From Candidatus Poribacteria bacterium (GTDB lineage Bacteria; Poribacteria; WGA-4E; UBA9662), in the NCBI GenBank assembly GCA_046582655.1, contig JAYGDX010000112.1:1-17436 (forward strand): a stretch of 17,436 bases of DNA, given 5' to 3'. The position numbers were made by a program, and so were the translations under genes. The notes under the pieces are model-generated. The model made no database searches and was not told where the DNA came from. It was given only the letters and a program-made list of their open reading frames with translations. Of this stretch, positions 8,476 through 17,221 are shown one piece after another (the first letter of the stretch is position 1; every line of letters begins with the position of its first letter).

Positions 8476-9540
8476 TCAATATATTTTTTTTAGTTTATGC
8501 AAAATTTCGTAATAATCTGCAACATCTCGCAGGCAGATATATTCATTTGCTTTATGTGCTTGTTGGGTCAAACCCGGCCCGAAATTGAAAGCAGGAATAC
8601 CGATGCCATTCAACTGTGCCACATCCGTCCAAGCCTGCTTGGCTTCTACCTGTCTTCCCAAGAAAGAGACAAACTTACTAAACAAATCTGTTTCAATGAC
8701 TTGTGCAGATGGAACATGATCGATAATTTTAAATTCTAGTTTGTCGAAACCTGTCGATTCCACCAGGTTACCAAACTCAGTTTCCGCTTCCTGCATGCTA
8801 GGCCCAGGCGCATACCGGTAGTTGATGTTACAGATCCACTGTCCTGGAATAGAGGTTCGCCCATTTTCACTTTTGCTTTCCGTAATGCTAATTACGTCAA
8901 AAAAATCAACGTCGAATACAGTTTTCTTGAGCGGTTGAATCTCAGCGACAGCACGAATAAACGGGAGAGCCTTGTAAAGGGCATTCTCGCCATCCCAAGG
9001 TCTAGCTGAATGGCATGCTACCCCTCGAACAATAACTTCAGCGTGTAGACTGCCGACACAACCAACCTGAATACAACCATTAGTTGGTTCACCAACAATG
9101 GCCAAGTCAAGAGTTCTGAGGAATTCTTTTTCCGCCGAGATGAGGTGGTATAACCCATTTTCTTCAAGCGGAGTGCCTTCCTCAGCACAATAGAGAATAA
9201 ATGAAAAATTGAGATGTCGATCCGGCCACTTTGAATACGATTCCATCAACATCATAAATGGAGCTAACGCGCCTTTCATGTCGGATGCCCCTGCGCCGAA
9301 GAGAAGATCCTCTCTCTGATATACTTCAAAGTATTGAGGGACAACATCAGTATGACCAACCAATCCGATATGCGGAAGGTTATTAATCATCGGCAACGAA
9401 AAAATCCTAGAGTTACCGACGATTTTAACCGATATTCCTTCAACATGACAGAATATCCAGTCTTGAATAAAATTGGTGATTTTTTCTTCTTGAAACGTGG
9501 GCGACGGGATGTTTAGCAAATCAATCAAAAGCGGAATCAT
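8476..9540 (-). CDS. dapE: Succinyl-diaminopimelate desuccinylase (M20 family, actinobacterial-like DapE)
   Basis: Motifs GHTDVVP, GAGASDMKG, AEEG, GEPT, HSARPWDGENA, WTDVA and FGPG...AHKANE. Lies between dapC and dapD. Confidence 0.9.
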   Translation of the reverse strand: MIPLLIDLLNIPSPTFQEEKITNFIQDWIFCHVEGISVKIVGNSRIFSLPMINNLPHIGLVGHTDVVPQYFEVYQREDLLFGAGASDMKGALAPFMMLMESYSKWPDRHLNFSFILYCAEEGTPLEENGLYHLISAEKEFLRTLDLAIVGEPTNGCIQVGCVGSLHAEVIVRGVACHSARPWDGENALYKALPFIRAVAEIQPLKKTVFDVDFFDVISITESKSENGRTSIPGQWICNINYRYAPGPSMQEAETEFGNLVESTGFDKLEFKIIDHVPSAQVIETDLFSKFVSFLGRQVEAKQAWTDVAQLNGIGIPAFNFGPGLTQQAHKANEYICLRDVADYYEILHKLKKIY

Positions 9541-9542
9541 AT

Positions 9543-10694
9543 TCAGATTTCCAATTCCGCGATGCGATCACATAATTTCTGGCATTCAAGTCGAGGTATA
9601 CAATAGACAATTCGGATATATCCTTGACCGTCCTCACCAAAAACTGTTCCGGGAGTAACACAAATATTTTTGTTCAGAAACAAATCACATAATTCGTCAG
9701 AACTTTGGACCTGTGGATGTGATAGCCAAAAGTAAAATCCGTGTTTCCCACCATAGATGTCGAAACCTTTGGATTCAAGCGATTGCCTAATCACTCTTCT
9801 TTTAGCAGCATACTGTTTCCGACTAATTTGAACGTGATTCTCATCGTTCCATGCGGTTATACCAGCAACCTGATTAAATGTTGGTGTTCCAACTCCAATG
9901 GGAGAACGGCAAAGCCTAAAATACGCCATGATCTCTGTATTCGTTGACATAACTGCCCCAACCCGAAATCCGGTCATATGACTGCGTTTTGAGAGTGACC
10001 TAAAAGCAATCCAACGGTCAGAATCACCAAAATCGAGACTGCATGCGGGTCTTTCATCTTCGTAAAGTTCGTTATAACATTCGTCTGAACAAACGATGAA
10101 ATCATGTTTCTCTGCCAACGCCAACAAGTCTTGGATGTACTCCCCATTAACAATCATCGATGTTGGATTGTGTGGTGAATTAAGCCAGAAAAGACGGCAC
10201 TTTTCCCATTCTTGGCTTGAGATGGCCGCTAGATCTGGAAAAAATCCAGTTTCTTTTGTCACCTTTAACTTTCGAATTGGTGCACTAAAAGTCCTAGCCG
10301 AAGCCTCATAAACAGGATAGGAAACTGATGAGATCCAGACCTCTTTCCCATCCGACCAATCAAAGACCAACGGAAAAAGAAAAATAGCTTCTTTACTACC
10401 ATTACTGGAAAAGACATGCGTGATCGGTTCCAGTTCAATTCCATAATTGCTTTTGGCCCAGTTAGAGACGGCTATCAAGTACTGATATGACCCAGTTGCT
10501 AATGGATACTGCGAAACTGGATGAGCATCCATGAACTGTTTTATAGACTGGATAGCCTGTGGAAAAGTTGGCTCCTGAGGATCGCCGATAGTCAGATCAA
10601 TGACATCTTTTCCTTCAGCTTTAAGCTTCTCCGCTTTTCTCTTAATGACGGCAAGCGGATATTCTTTGTGTTCTTTTAGATACGGGTTAATCAT
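9543..10694 (-). CDS. dapC: Succinyldiaminopimelate transaminase (class I/II PLP aminotransferase)
   Basis: Motifs DLTIGDP, NGSKEAIF, YPVYE, WLNSPHNPT, SDECYNELY and SLSKRSHMTGFRVG. Only 2 nt separate it from dapE, and the operon context supports DapC. Confidence 0.85.
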   Translation of the reverse strand: MINPYLKEHKEYPLAVIKRKAEKLKAEGKDVIDLTIGDPQEPTFPQAIQSIKQFMDAHPVSQYPLATGSYQYLIAVSNWAKSNYGIELEPITHVFSSNGSKEAIFLFPLVFDWSDGKEVWISSVSYPVYEASARTFSAPIRKLKVTKETGFFPDLAAISSQEWEKCRLFWLNSPHNPTSMIVNGEYIQDLLALAEKHDFIVCSDECYNELYEDERPACSLDFGDSDRWIAFRSLSKRSHMTGFRVGAVMSTNTEIMAYFRLCRSPIGVGTPTFNQVAGITAWNDENHVQISRKQYAAKRRVIRQSLESKGFDIYGGKHGFYFWLSHPQVQSSDELCDLFLNKNICVTPGTVFGEDGQGYIRIVYCIPRLECQKLCDRIAELEI

Positions 10695-10756
10695 TAATAT
10701 GAAAATCCAGTGTAAGATCAGTTGCTACAGCATATTTATCAAGCTTAGAGAATAGC

Positions 10757-10765
10757 ATTATATCA
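10757..10765 (-). promoter_or_regulatory. Extended -10 sigma70-type promoter for the dapCED operon
   Basis: Minus strand TGATATAAT is a perfect TGnTATAAT about 60 nt upstream of the dapC ATG. No good -35 is present. Confidence 0.55.
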
Positions 10766-10794
10766 GATTTGTCATTGGTCTTCCATTAAGTTAC

Positions 10795-10819
10795 TTCCTG
10801 ATCAATCTTTAATCAGGAA
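10795..10819. promoter_or_regulatory. Inverted repeat, candidate operator between divergent promoters
   Basis: TTCCTGAT-N9-ATCAGGAA with perfect 8-bp arms. Confidence 0.35.
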
Positions 10820-10872
10820 ACGCACCTGAGGCACGATATTTCCCTTTGGCGATATAAGTTATGGTTTGGGTG

Positions 10873-10902
10873 TGGACATCGATTCCTATGGTATGTTATG
10901 AT
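10873..10902 (+). promoter_or_regulatory. Sigma70-type promoter for the aldolase-like operon
   Basis: TGGACA (-35, 10873-10878), an 18-nt spacer, and TG-n-TATGAT (-10 at 10897-10902). RBS GGAGGT at 10923-10928. Confidence 0.45.
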
Positions 10903-10940
10903 GGATGGCAGAGTAATTCCACGGAGGTACTTGATATTAG

Positions 10941-11891
10941 ATGGGAGATCGAATTTTTGACAAGTTAGCGGATCCTAAAAAATTGCATGGTAACCCGATC
11001 TTTGTCTTTGCTGCCGATCCGCTTGCTTCAGCGGGAATTCAGGGGTTAGGTTATATCCAGTACCCTGAACCACACTTCCGCACACATCCTGAATTTTTAC
11101 AACTACAGCGGGATCTGGTTGCCGACGCCAGCATAGATGGTCTACTGATGACTCCAGCTGATGCGGAAATTCTGGCCTTGGAAGAACGGCTTTTTGATCA
11201 AACAGAGGTAACGCCAATTGTTCGGGTGAACGCTGAAACTGGAATATGGAATCCCCGTTTTGGTAATTATAGATCAACACTCTCCCAACCCTTTCAAACC
11301 GTGTTCCCCGAAGATATGAAATCCTACTGTGAATCGCTAATAAGGCCTGCATTGGAATGTCAGATCCACATTGGCCTTTATTCGATTACACTCAACAACG
11401 ATGTATCCGCCGATCAAAAAATGCTGGAAGCCTACATTCAATTTGCGCATATTGTCGGTGAAATCGAAGAGTTTGGTCATATTTTGGAGGTCTTTCTGCC
11501 AAATATTCGAATTCCTGGGATGGATGAAGAAAAACGCGGGATGTATGTGGCTGATTCAATTGTTCGAACCATGAATTACCTACGGAAGAATCAGCGTCCC
11601 CAATTTCTTAAAACTGCTTTTACAACTGCCCAAGTGTGGCGAGAATTGATGTCATTCGATCCAACGCTTATCATTGGCGCTTTGGGCGGTCCTCGTCAAA
11701 ACTCACGCAAAACATTACAGTTGGCCAACGATGTTAGCCGAAACGGTGGACGCGCGATTTTGTTTGGACGCGCGATTTTTCAGGATGACAACCCAATTGG
11801 CATTACTAATGCCTTACGGAGCGTGCTAGATGGTGATGAACCTGATCAAGCATATGCTCGCTACCAACAGCTGAGCGGTAATTACCGATGA
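10941..11891 (+). CDS. Uncharacterised class I aldolase-like TIM-barrel protein (DhnA/LacD/DeoC-like fold)
   Basis: N-terminal AAD, HILEVF, candidate Schiff-base Lys in QFLKTAF, GALGG, and the phosphate-binding-type GGRAILFGRAIFQ near the C-terminus. Substrate unknown. Confidence 0.7.
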   Translation: MGDRIFDKLADPKKLHGNPIFVFAADPLASAGIQGLGYIQYPEPHFRTHPEFLQLQRDLVADASIDGLLMTPADAEILALEERLFDQTEVTPIVRVNAETGIWNPRFGNYRSTLSQPFQTVFPEDMKSYCESLIRPALECQIHIGLYSITLNNDVSADQKMLEAYIQFAHIVGEIEEFGHILEVFLPNIRIPGMDEEKRGMYVADSIVRTMNYLRKNQRPQFLKTAFTTAQVWRELMSFDPTLIIGALGGPRQNSRKTLQLANDVSRNGGRAILFGRAIFQDDNPIGITNALRSVLDGDEPDQAYARYQQLSGNYR

Positions 11892-11937
11892 CAGCCTGCA
11901 AAGGAAGCGTGAACGCCAAGCAGGCAATTCAAAGATA

Positions 11938-13863
11938 TTGGACAACAGATTACCCCAAAACAGAATTCTCTTCGCCATTGGTTTTATATGCCTGCCTTTA
12001 GTGTATTTGTCGTATCAAGCCTTTGTATCACCCCAAATAGAATTTTTGCGTCCGGCCTTACGTGGAAAGTGGATCACGCATCCTAACCCGCCTATTGACT
12101 TCCAGCAGTCATCTACCTGTCCGAATGTAATTTTTTATCGCGACTTTCAACTGGATGAGATACCCGAAAAAGAAAAAATCCGGGTTACAGCTATGCGTAG
12201 CTTCTGGATACGAGTTAATAACGAACCCATACCATTTGATCCCCCTAATTCATGGAAAAGCAGTATCCATATCAACCTTGTACCATACCTACACTCCGGT
12301 CAAAACACAATTCGGATCCAAGTTGGCGGCCCAAAGAATCCTCCAGCCTTATTAGTTGAGGGTAGGAGGTTATTGAGATCTGGAGAAAATTGGCAAGTTG
12401 CACTCAAGCCGGATCTCAGTGATCTCTCCGCAGCGTCAATCGCGCTTCAGGATGAGCACTATTTAAACAGCAATCCAAATCCAATTCGCCAGTCCACCTT
12501 CTTTGTTTTTTATCTCATCGGTTTTTTAGCCTATTCCGTGCTAGGTGTGGTTGTACTATTTATTCGCCCGAATGAGACCAAATTTGATCAAGATACCAAT
12601 TTATGGAAGAAACACGGTTTCTGCTTCCTGCTATTTTTAATAGCGGTTATTATCCAGTTACACAACGTCTCTACCTATGCTCATATACGAAGCCATTTCG
12701 ACTGGCAGGGGCACGTGGACTATATCCAACATATTGCTACTCACTGGAAAATCCCCATTGCTACTGACGGTTGGGAGATGTTTCAACCACCTTTGTACTA
12801 TCTAATTTCTGCCGTAATTTTGAAAACTTCTGGAGGATCACTGAAAGCAGTACAGATATTCACCACATTAACCGGTTTAGGTAACCTGTTATTTAGTTGG
12901 TTTTTGTTATGCCAAGTTTTCCCTACACAGACACGAAAACGCAACTTGGGGTTTTCTGTCATCGCTATGTTACCGATGGGCTTCTACATGAACTCGATGG
13001 TCAGTAACGAGATCTTTTCTGGGAGCGTGATCTCCGGTACGATTGTCCTATCCACATACCTGCTTTTTAAAAAGGGATTGACAAGCTACAAGGCATCGAT
13101 TCTGATTGGGCTGGCATCTGGCCTAGGATTACTATCAAAATACACTGCGCTTTTTGTCCTACTCAGTTTGCTACTCCTTTTAGGATTACGATTTATAACA
13201 CGACAGATAACCTGGAAACGAGTTGTAACTGTCATCTGCACGGTATCTTTGACCTGCGGTTGGTTATATGGGCGGAACATCGTGCGATTTGGTGACCCTT
13301 TCATAGGTAATTGGGATGAGGCTTCCGGTTTTCATTACGAGCAGTCGCCAGGTTACCGGAATGTACAATTTTACACGCAGTTTGGATCTGTTTTCTATCA
13401 CTTGCCAGTGAGATCACGTTGGGTTAGTTTCTGGGATGGTAAATACGGATCAATGTGGACCGATACGCATGGTACATTTCTCAATTTGTCCAATCCAACC
13501 ACACAGTTATTAGGAAGTCTCAGCTTATGGCTAGCCTTATTGCCAACACTGGCTATTGTATTTGGCTTTGGTTATGCGATCAAATTCCTGATCCGGCATG
13601 AGTGGAATCATCCCTACTTTGTCATGGTAACGACATCTGTATTGACCATTTTGTCTTTGGTTTCATTTACCATGGAGATTCCAACCTATTCTACAATTAA
13701 AGCTTTCTTTTTTCTATCCATGATCCCTATCATTGGGGTATTTGCTGCTTTAGGACTTGAAAGGTTATGTCTCAACCTAGGAAAATTACGTTGGATTGTT
13801 TATATTCATCTGGGTACATTTTATGGGATTGTTTCCTATCTCTTTTGGTATCGTGGAACTTGA
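11938..13863 (+). CDS. GT-C fold membrane glycosyltransferase (ArnT/PMT_2, GT39-like) with an N-terminal galactose-binding-like beta-sandwich domain
   Basis: Many hydrophobic segments. Loop motif FDWQGHVDYI...QPPLYY, then SNE, GLGLLSKYT and WLYGRNIVRFGDP. The N-terminal soluble part (WITHP..FYRDFQL..VTA..F.IRVN..L.PYLHSGQNTIRIQV) resembles rhamnosidase/beta-galactosidase jelly-roll domains. Confidence 0.75.
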   Translation: MDNRLPQNRILFAIGFICLPLVYLSYQAFVSPQIEFLRPALRGKWITHPNPPIDFQQSSTCPNVIFYRDFQLDEIPEKEKIRVTAMRSFWIRVNNEPIPFDPPNSWKSSIHINLVPYLHSGQNTIRIQVGGPKNPPALLVEGRRLLRSGENWQVALKPDLSDLSAASIALQDEHYLNSNPNPIRQSTFFVFYLIGFLAYSVLGVVVLFIRPNETKFDQDTNLWKKHGFCFLLFLIAVIIQLHNVSTYAHIRSHFDWQGHVDYIQHIATHWKIPIATDGWEMFQPPLYYLISAVILKTSGGSLKAVQIFTTLTGLGNLLFSWFLLCQVFPTQTRKRNLGFSVIAMLPMGFYMNSMVSNEIFSGSVISGTIVLSTYLLFKKGLTSYKASILIGLASGLGLLSKYTALFVLLSLLLLLGLRFITRQITWKRVVTVICTVSLTCGWLYGRNIVRFGDPFIGNWDEASGFHYEQSPGYRNVQFYTQFGSVFYHLPVRSRWVSFWDGKYGSMWTDTHGTFLNLSNPTTQLLGSLSLWLALLPTLAIVFGFGYAIKFLIRHEWNHPYFVMVTTSVLTILSLVSFTMEIPTYSTIKAFFFLSMIPIIGVFAALGLERLCLNLGKLRWIVYIHLGTFYGIVSYLFWYRGT

Positions 13864-13903
13864 ATTGAATAGCAAATAATTCTTACGGAGAATCAAATAC
13901 AGG

Positions 13904-14626
13904 ATGAAACATTTAAACGGGAAAGTAGCCATTGTTACTGGTAGCAGTGGTGGAATCGGCAAAGCCATAGCTCTAAGGCTGGGAGAAGAAGGTATAAAAA
14001 TTGTTGTCGCTGCTCGGAGATTAAGCTTATGTAATACAGTAAGGGATCAGATTCTATCTCAAGGAGGTGAAGCAGTTGCTATCCAAACCGATATCTCCGA
14101 TCAAACGCAGGTTGATAAATTGATTGATGAAACAATTCGCCACTTCAACCAACTTGATATATTGGTTAATAACGCGGGGATTGGCGGTGGCGCTCAAATA
14201 TCTGAAACTTCTACGGAAACCTTCGATCAGGTAATTAATACGAACCTCCGAGGAACTTTCTTTTGCTGTCGAGCGGGGTTTCAACGGATGCGCAATCAGG
14301 GAAGTGGAGGAATAATTATCAACGTGTCGAGCGTATGTGGTGTTGACGCCTGGTCAGGAACAGGAAGTTATAGTGCTTCGAAGTATGGCGTTATGGGAAT
14401 AACTAAGGCACTAGCTGATGAAGGTCGGGACCATAAGATTAAAGCCTCAGCTATTTGTCCCGGTGGAGTGGCATCATCGCTAGTTGACCGACCTGCTGAG
14501 GAAATTGAAGCCAGTGGTGCGATCAGTCCATATGACATTGCAGAAACTGTAATTTATTTAGCTGCCCTGAGCTCGAACACGGTAGTACATCAGGTCATTG
14601 TCGACCGTATAGGAGCTGAATGGTAG
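13904..14626 (+). CDS. Short-chain dehydrogenase/reductase (classical SDR)
   Basis: Motifs TGSSGGIG, AARR (NADP-type basic residues), NNAG, NVSS and YSASK. Confidence 0.93.
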   Translation: MKHLNGKVAIVTGSSGGIGKAIALRLGEEGIKIVVAARRLSLCNTVRDQILSQGGEAVAIQTDISDQTQVDKLIDETIRHFNQLDILVNNAGIGGGAQISETSTETFDQVINTNLRGTFFCCRAGFQRMRNQGSGGIIINVSSVCGVDAWSGTGSYSASKYGVMGITKALADEGRDHKIKASAICPGGVASSLVDRPAEEIEASGAISPYDIAETVIYLAALSSNTVVHQVIVDRIGAEW

Positions 14627-14668
14627 GTAGTTTATATTTAATTGTTCATAAGACTGAAACAAAAGCAA

Positions 14669-16087
14669 ATGGATCAGAAATGGAACACAATCTATCAACA
14701 TAGTATCACTCCAGCACTTGAGAGATTACGAAAGGTCCAAGGTGTTCTACTCGGGTTTCATTCCGTGATCGATGGTATCAAGCGCGTGAGACCAGGCGAA
14801 ATCGAGACAATTTTGAATGCCGATCTTGGCCTAAAACAGTCAGTGCAGGAAAAGATTGATGCCGTGCCAATTGAAATTTTCTCTCCTGCAGATATGCTAG
14901 CGGGTTTATTAGTTTCAATTAAATCAGGCAGGAGTTACCGTATGGTCATTCGGAACGAAGATACTTTTCGCTGGATCCTAGAAAATTTTGGTTATGATCA
15001 ACTGAAACTTGGGGGTACATCAGGTTGTATGGCCAATTCTCTGGCTCCGCTCGATCTACAAAAAATCTTAGTTTACACCAACCCATTGGCTCAACAGCTA
15101 CTTGAGTTATTTCCAGATAACAATAACCTACATATGGTAACTCAAATTAACGGGAATATTCAATTGGAACATCCTCATCAAGCATGGCAACATAAAGGCA
15201 TTGAAGCCATACATTGGGGATTTGAGTTCGCACAGGGAACGACAATTCAGTTGGATAAGATAACGCTAATCGCTCCCAGAGCAAGCCGATTCTATCCTTG
15301 CTGGAATCCGGTTAACAACAAGCTCTTATTGTCTCCATTATTCAAGAAAGGAGCCTTACGTTTTATCGATCAATTCAGCCATTTTATCGTTGCCGGATAT
15401 CAGCTTCTTTTACCAAACTATCCAGACGGTACTACCTGTATTGACTACATATTGTCGACATTATCATATCTTAACAAATTGAAAGTTGCTCATCCCCCAC
15501 TAAAGTTGCACTTTGAATGTGATACCATCCCAGCCAATGAAATCCGGTGTGGTATCCGAAAGCATGTTTTGCCACAAATGGATAGTATGGGACTTAAATG
15601 AAGTCGAACTAGATTATTTTATCAAAGACATGCGTAGCCAAAAAATTAACCAACTCGATCAGGAAAATCAGGTGGAATACTATCTCAGTGGGTTAATAGA
15701 ATTAGCAAATGAATCAGGACTCGAACGAATTCATTTCCATAATTTTGATTACTATATTTGTCTCACTAAAGGTTCTCAAAAAATCTCACCCAAACGAACT
15801 AGGCAAGCTATGATCCTTTCCTCCATTATTGCTGGGCAAGAACAGGAGGCGTAGAAAATCAGGTGGACTTTGCCCCGGTTGAAGCTATTCCCATCTCAGC
15901 AGAGGGTTTGACACAGATGGTAGCACTAGCTAAGCATATCTCTGCTCCGCCAGATTTTATGGAAACTGGAATTACTGAATACAGTGGCTACAACCTCATT
16001 TTTCTACCCACCAAGATTGCTCCAAATCCAGTATTAACTGTGGGATTGGGCGAGACTATTTCAGCTATTGCTTTTCTGTCTGAATAA
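14669..16087 (+). pseudogene. ADP-dependent glucokinase/phosphofructokinase family kinase (ribokinase superfamily), two frameshifts
   Basis: Three ORFs (14642..15601, 15513..15854, 15863..16087) join into one protein with LGFHSVIDG, LGGTSGCMAN, IHWGFEF, APRASRF, AGYQLL, HFE, SMGL/NEVEL (NExE), RIHFH and PVLTVGLGETIS. There is an extra A at ~15596 and a frame-changing deletion at ~15835. The catalytic GLGD reads GLGE. Confidence 0.85.
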
Positions 16088-16129
16088 ACCACTTGGGACT
16101 AGAGGCCAAGATAGTTCAAGATCATTGAA

Positions 16130-17200
16130 TTACACGATATCGGTTTCTAGTCCAATTTCTCGAGTCATTTGTCTAAGTACCATCACAACATCAGGTGGAA
16201 GTGTAACACCATTTTCTTTAGCAATTTCACGGCGTTCCCACTCCATTTCACCAGGGACATACAGACGGTCAACACCTTCAATTTTTGGTGCATTATGGAT
16301 TTCATCAATAAGTCCATCAACTCGATTCAGAAATTCATCCATGTTCTGCATAACACCAACATTAAAGGCTAAGAATCCTGCGCCATGATGCGTCGGTTCA
16401 TCCGGACTATCAGAAATCCAAGCTTTAACATTCCAAGTTAGATTCGCACCACTTAGCACACCAGCGAGAGATTCCATTAATAGAGCAAGACCATAACCTT
16501 TATGCCCTGACATTGGTGCTAAAGCGGCGTTTTTCGGATACAAACTTCCATCTGTTGTTGGTCGACCGCTGGCATCGATAATCCAATTATCTGGAATCTC
16601 CTTACCGAGCTGGTGGGCGGCATACACCTTGCCTCCAGCTACAGTGCTCATCGCTATATCTAACAAAATTGGGGGATGCCTACGAGCAGATATAGCATAT
16701 GAAAAAGGGTTTGTGCCGAGAACAGCTTTGCGGGATCCAGGAGCTGCTACGCTCGGAATATCATTGGCAGTGCTAATACCAATCATGTTTTCGTCTACAG
16801 CCATAGCAGAATAAACACCGGCAGCACCGAAGTGACAGCTATTATGAACTCCGACGTATGCCATTCCAGCTTCCCTAGCTTTTCCAATTGCCGTTTGCAT
16901 GGCAAAAGTTGCAGCTACTTGACCAAGCGTTGAGTTGCCGTTAACAATAGCCCACGAAGGGCCATCCCGAACGATTTCCGGATCAACATCGGTCTGACAA
17001 CCACCATGTTTAACACGAGAAGTATAACCACTAAGAAGTTTTGAACCATGTGTAAAGGTTCCCCAACTGTCTGTTAGCGCCAGCGCATCAGCAACTATAA
17101 GCGCATGCTGTTCCGAAGCCCCTACATGCCTCAAGCATTCCATGATGAAAACATGATGATCTTCAATCGATACATTTAGTGGCTGGGGTAACTGAGACAT
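16130..17200 (-). CDS. Ldh_2 family NAD(P)-dependent oxidoreductase (malate/L-lactate/sulfolactate/ureidoglycolate dehydrogenase-like)
   Basis: Motifs DSWGTFTHG, NSCHFGAAG, LGTNPFSYA, LDIAMS, HKGYGLAL and YVPGEME. RBS TAAGGA upstream. Confidence 0.92.
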   Translation of the reverse strand: MSQLPQPLNVSIEDHHVFIMECLRHVGASEQHALIVADALALTDSWGTFTHGSKLLSGYTSRVKHGGCQTDVDPEIVRDGPSWAIVNGNSTLGQVAATFAMQTAIGKAREAGMAYVGVHNSCHFGAAGVYSAMAVDENMIGISTANDIPSVAAPGSRKAVLGTNPFSYAISARRHPPILLDIAMSTVAGGKVYAAHQLGKEIPDNWIIDASGRPTTDGSLYPKNAALAPMSGHKGYGLALLMESLAGVLSGANLTWNVKAWISDSPDEPTHHGAGFLAFNVGVMQNMDEFLNRVDGLIDEIHNAPKIEGVDRLYVPGEMEWERREIAKENGVTLPPDVVMVLRQMTREIGLETDIV

Positions 17201-17221
17201 GCGTGCTTCAATTCCTTAGGA

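Noticed and set aside
10695..10940. Lysine riboswitch upstream of dapCED
   Set aside because: The likely promoter leaves only a ~55-nt leader, and no L-box-like sequence or structure is visible.
749..16087. Alternative genetic code (stop-codon reassignment) as the explanation for the in-frame stops
   Set aside because: All three stop types occur in-frame and apparently replace different residues. TGA ends intact genes at expected family lengths (dapC, dapE, dapD, aldolase-like, GT-C), TAG ends the SDR, and TAA ends others. Frameshifts and deletions accompany the stops.
890..16814. Numerous 60-125 aa ORFs overlapping the assigned genes
   Set aside because: They are antisense or alternate-frame to well-supported genes and carry no motifs or RBS.
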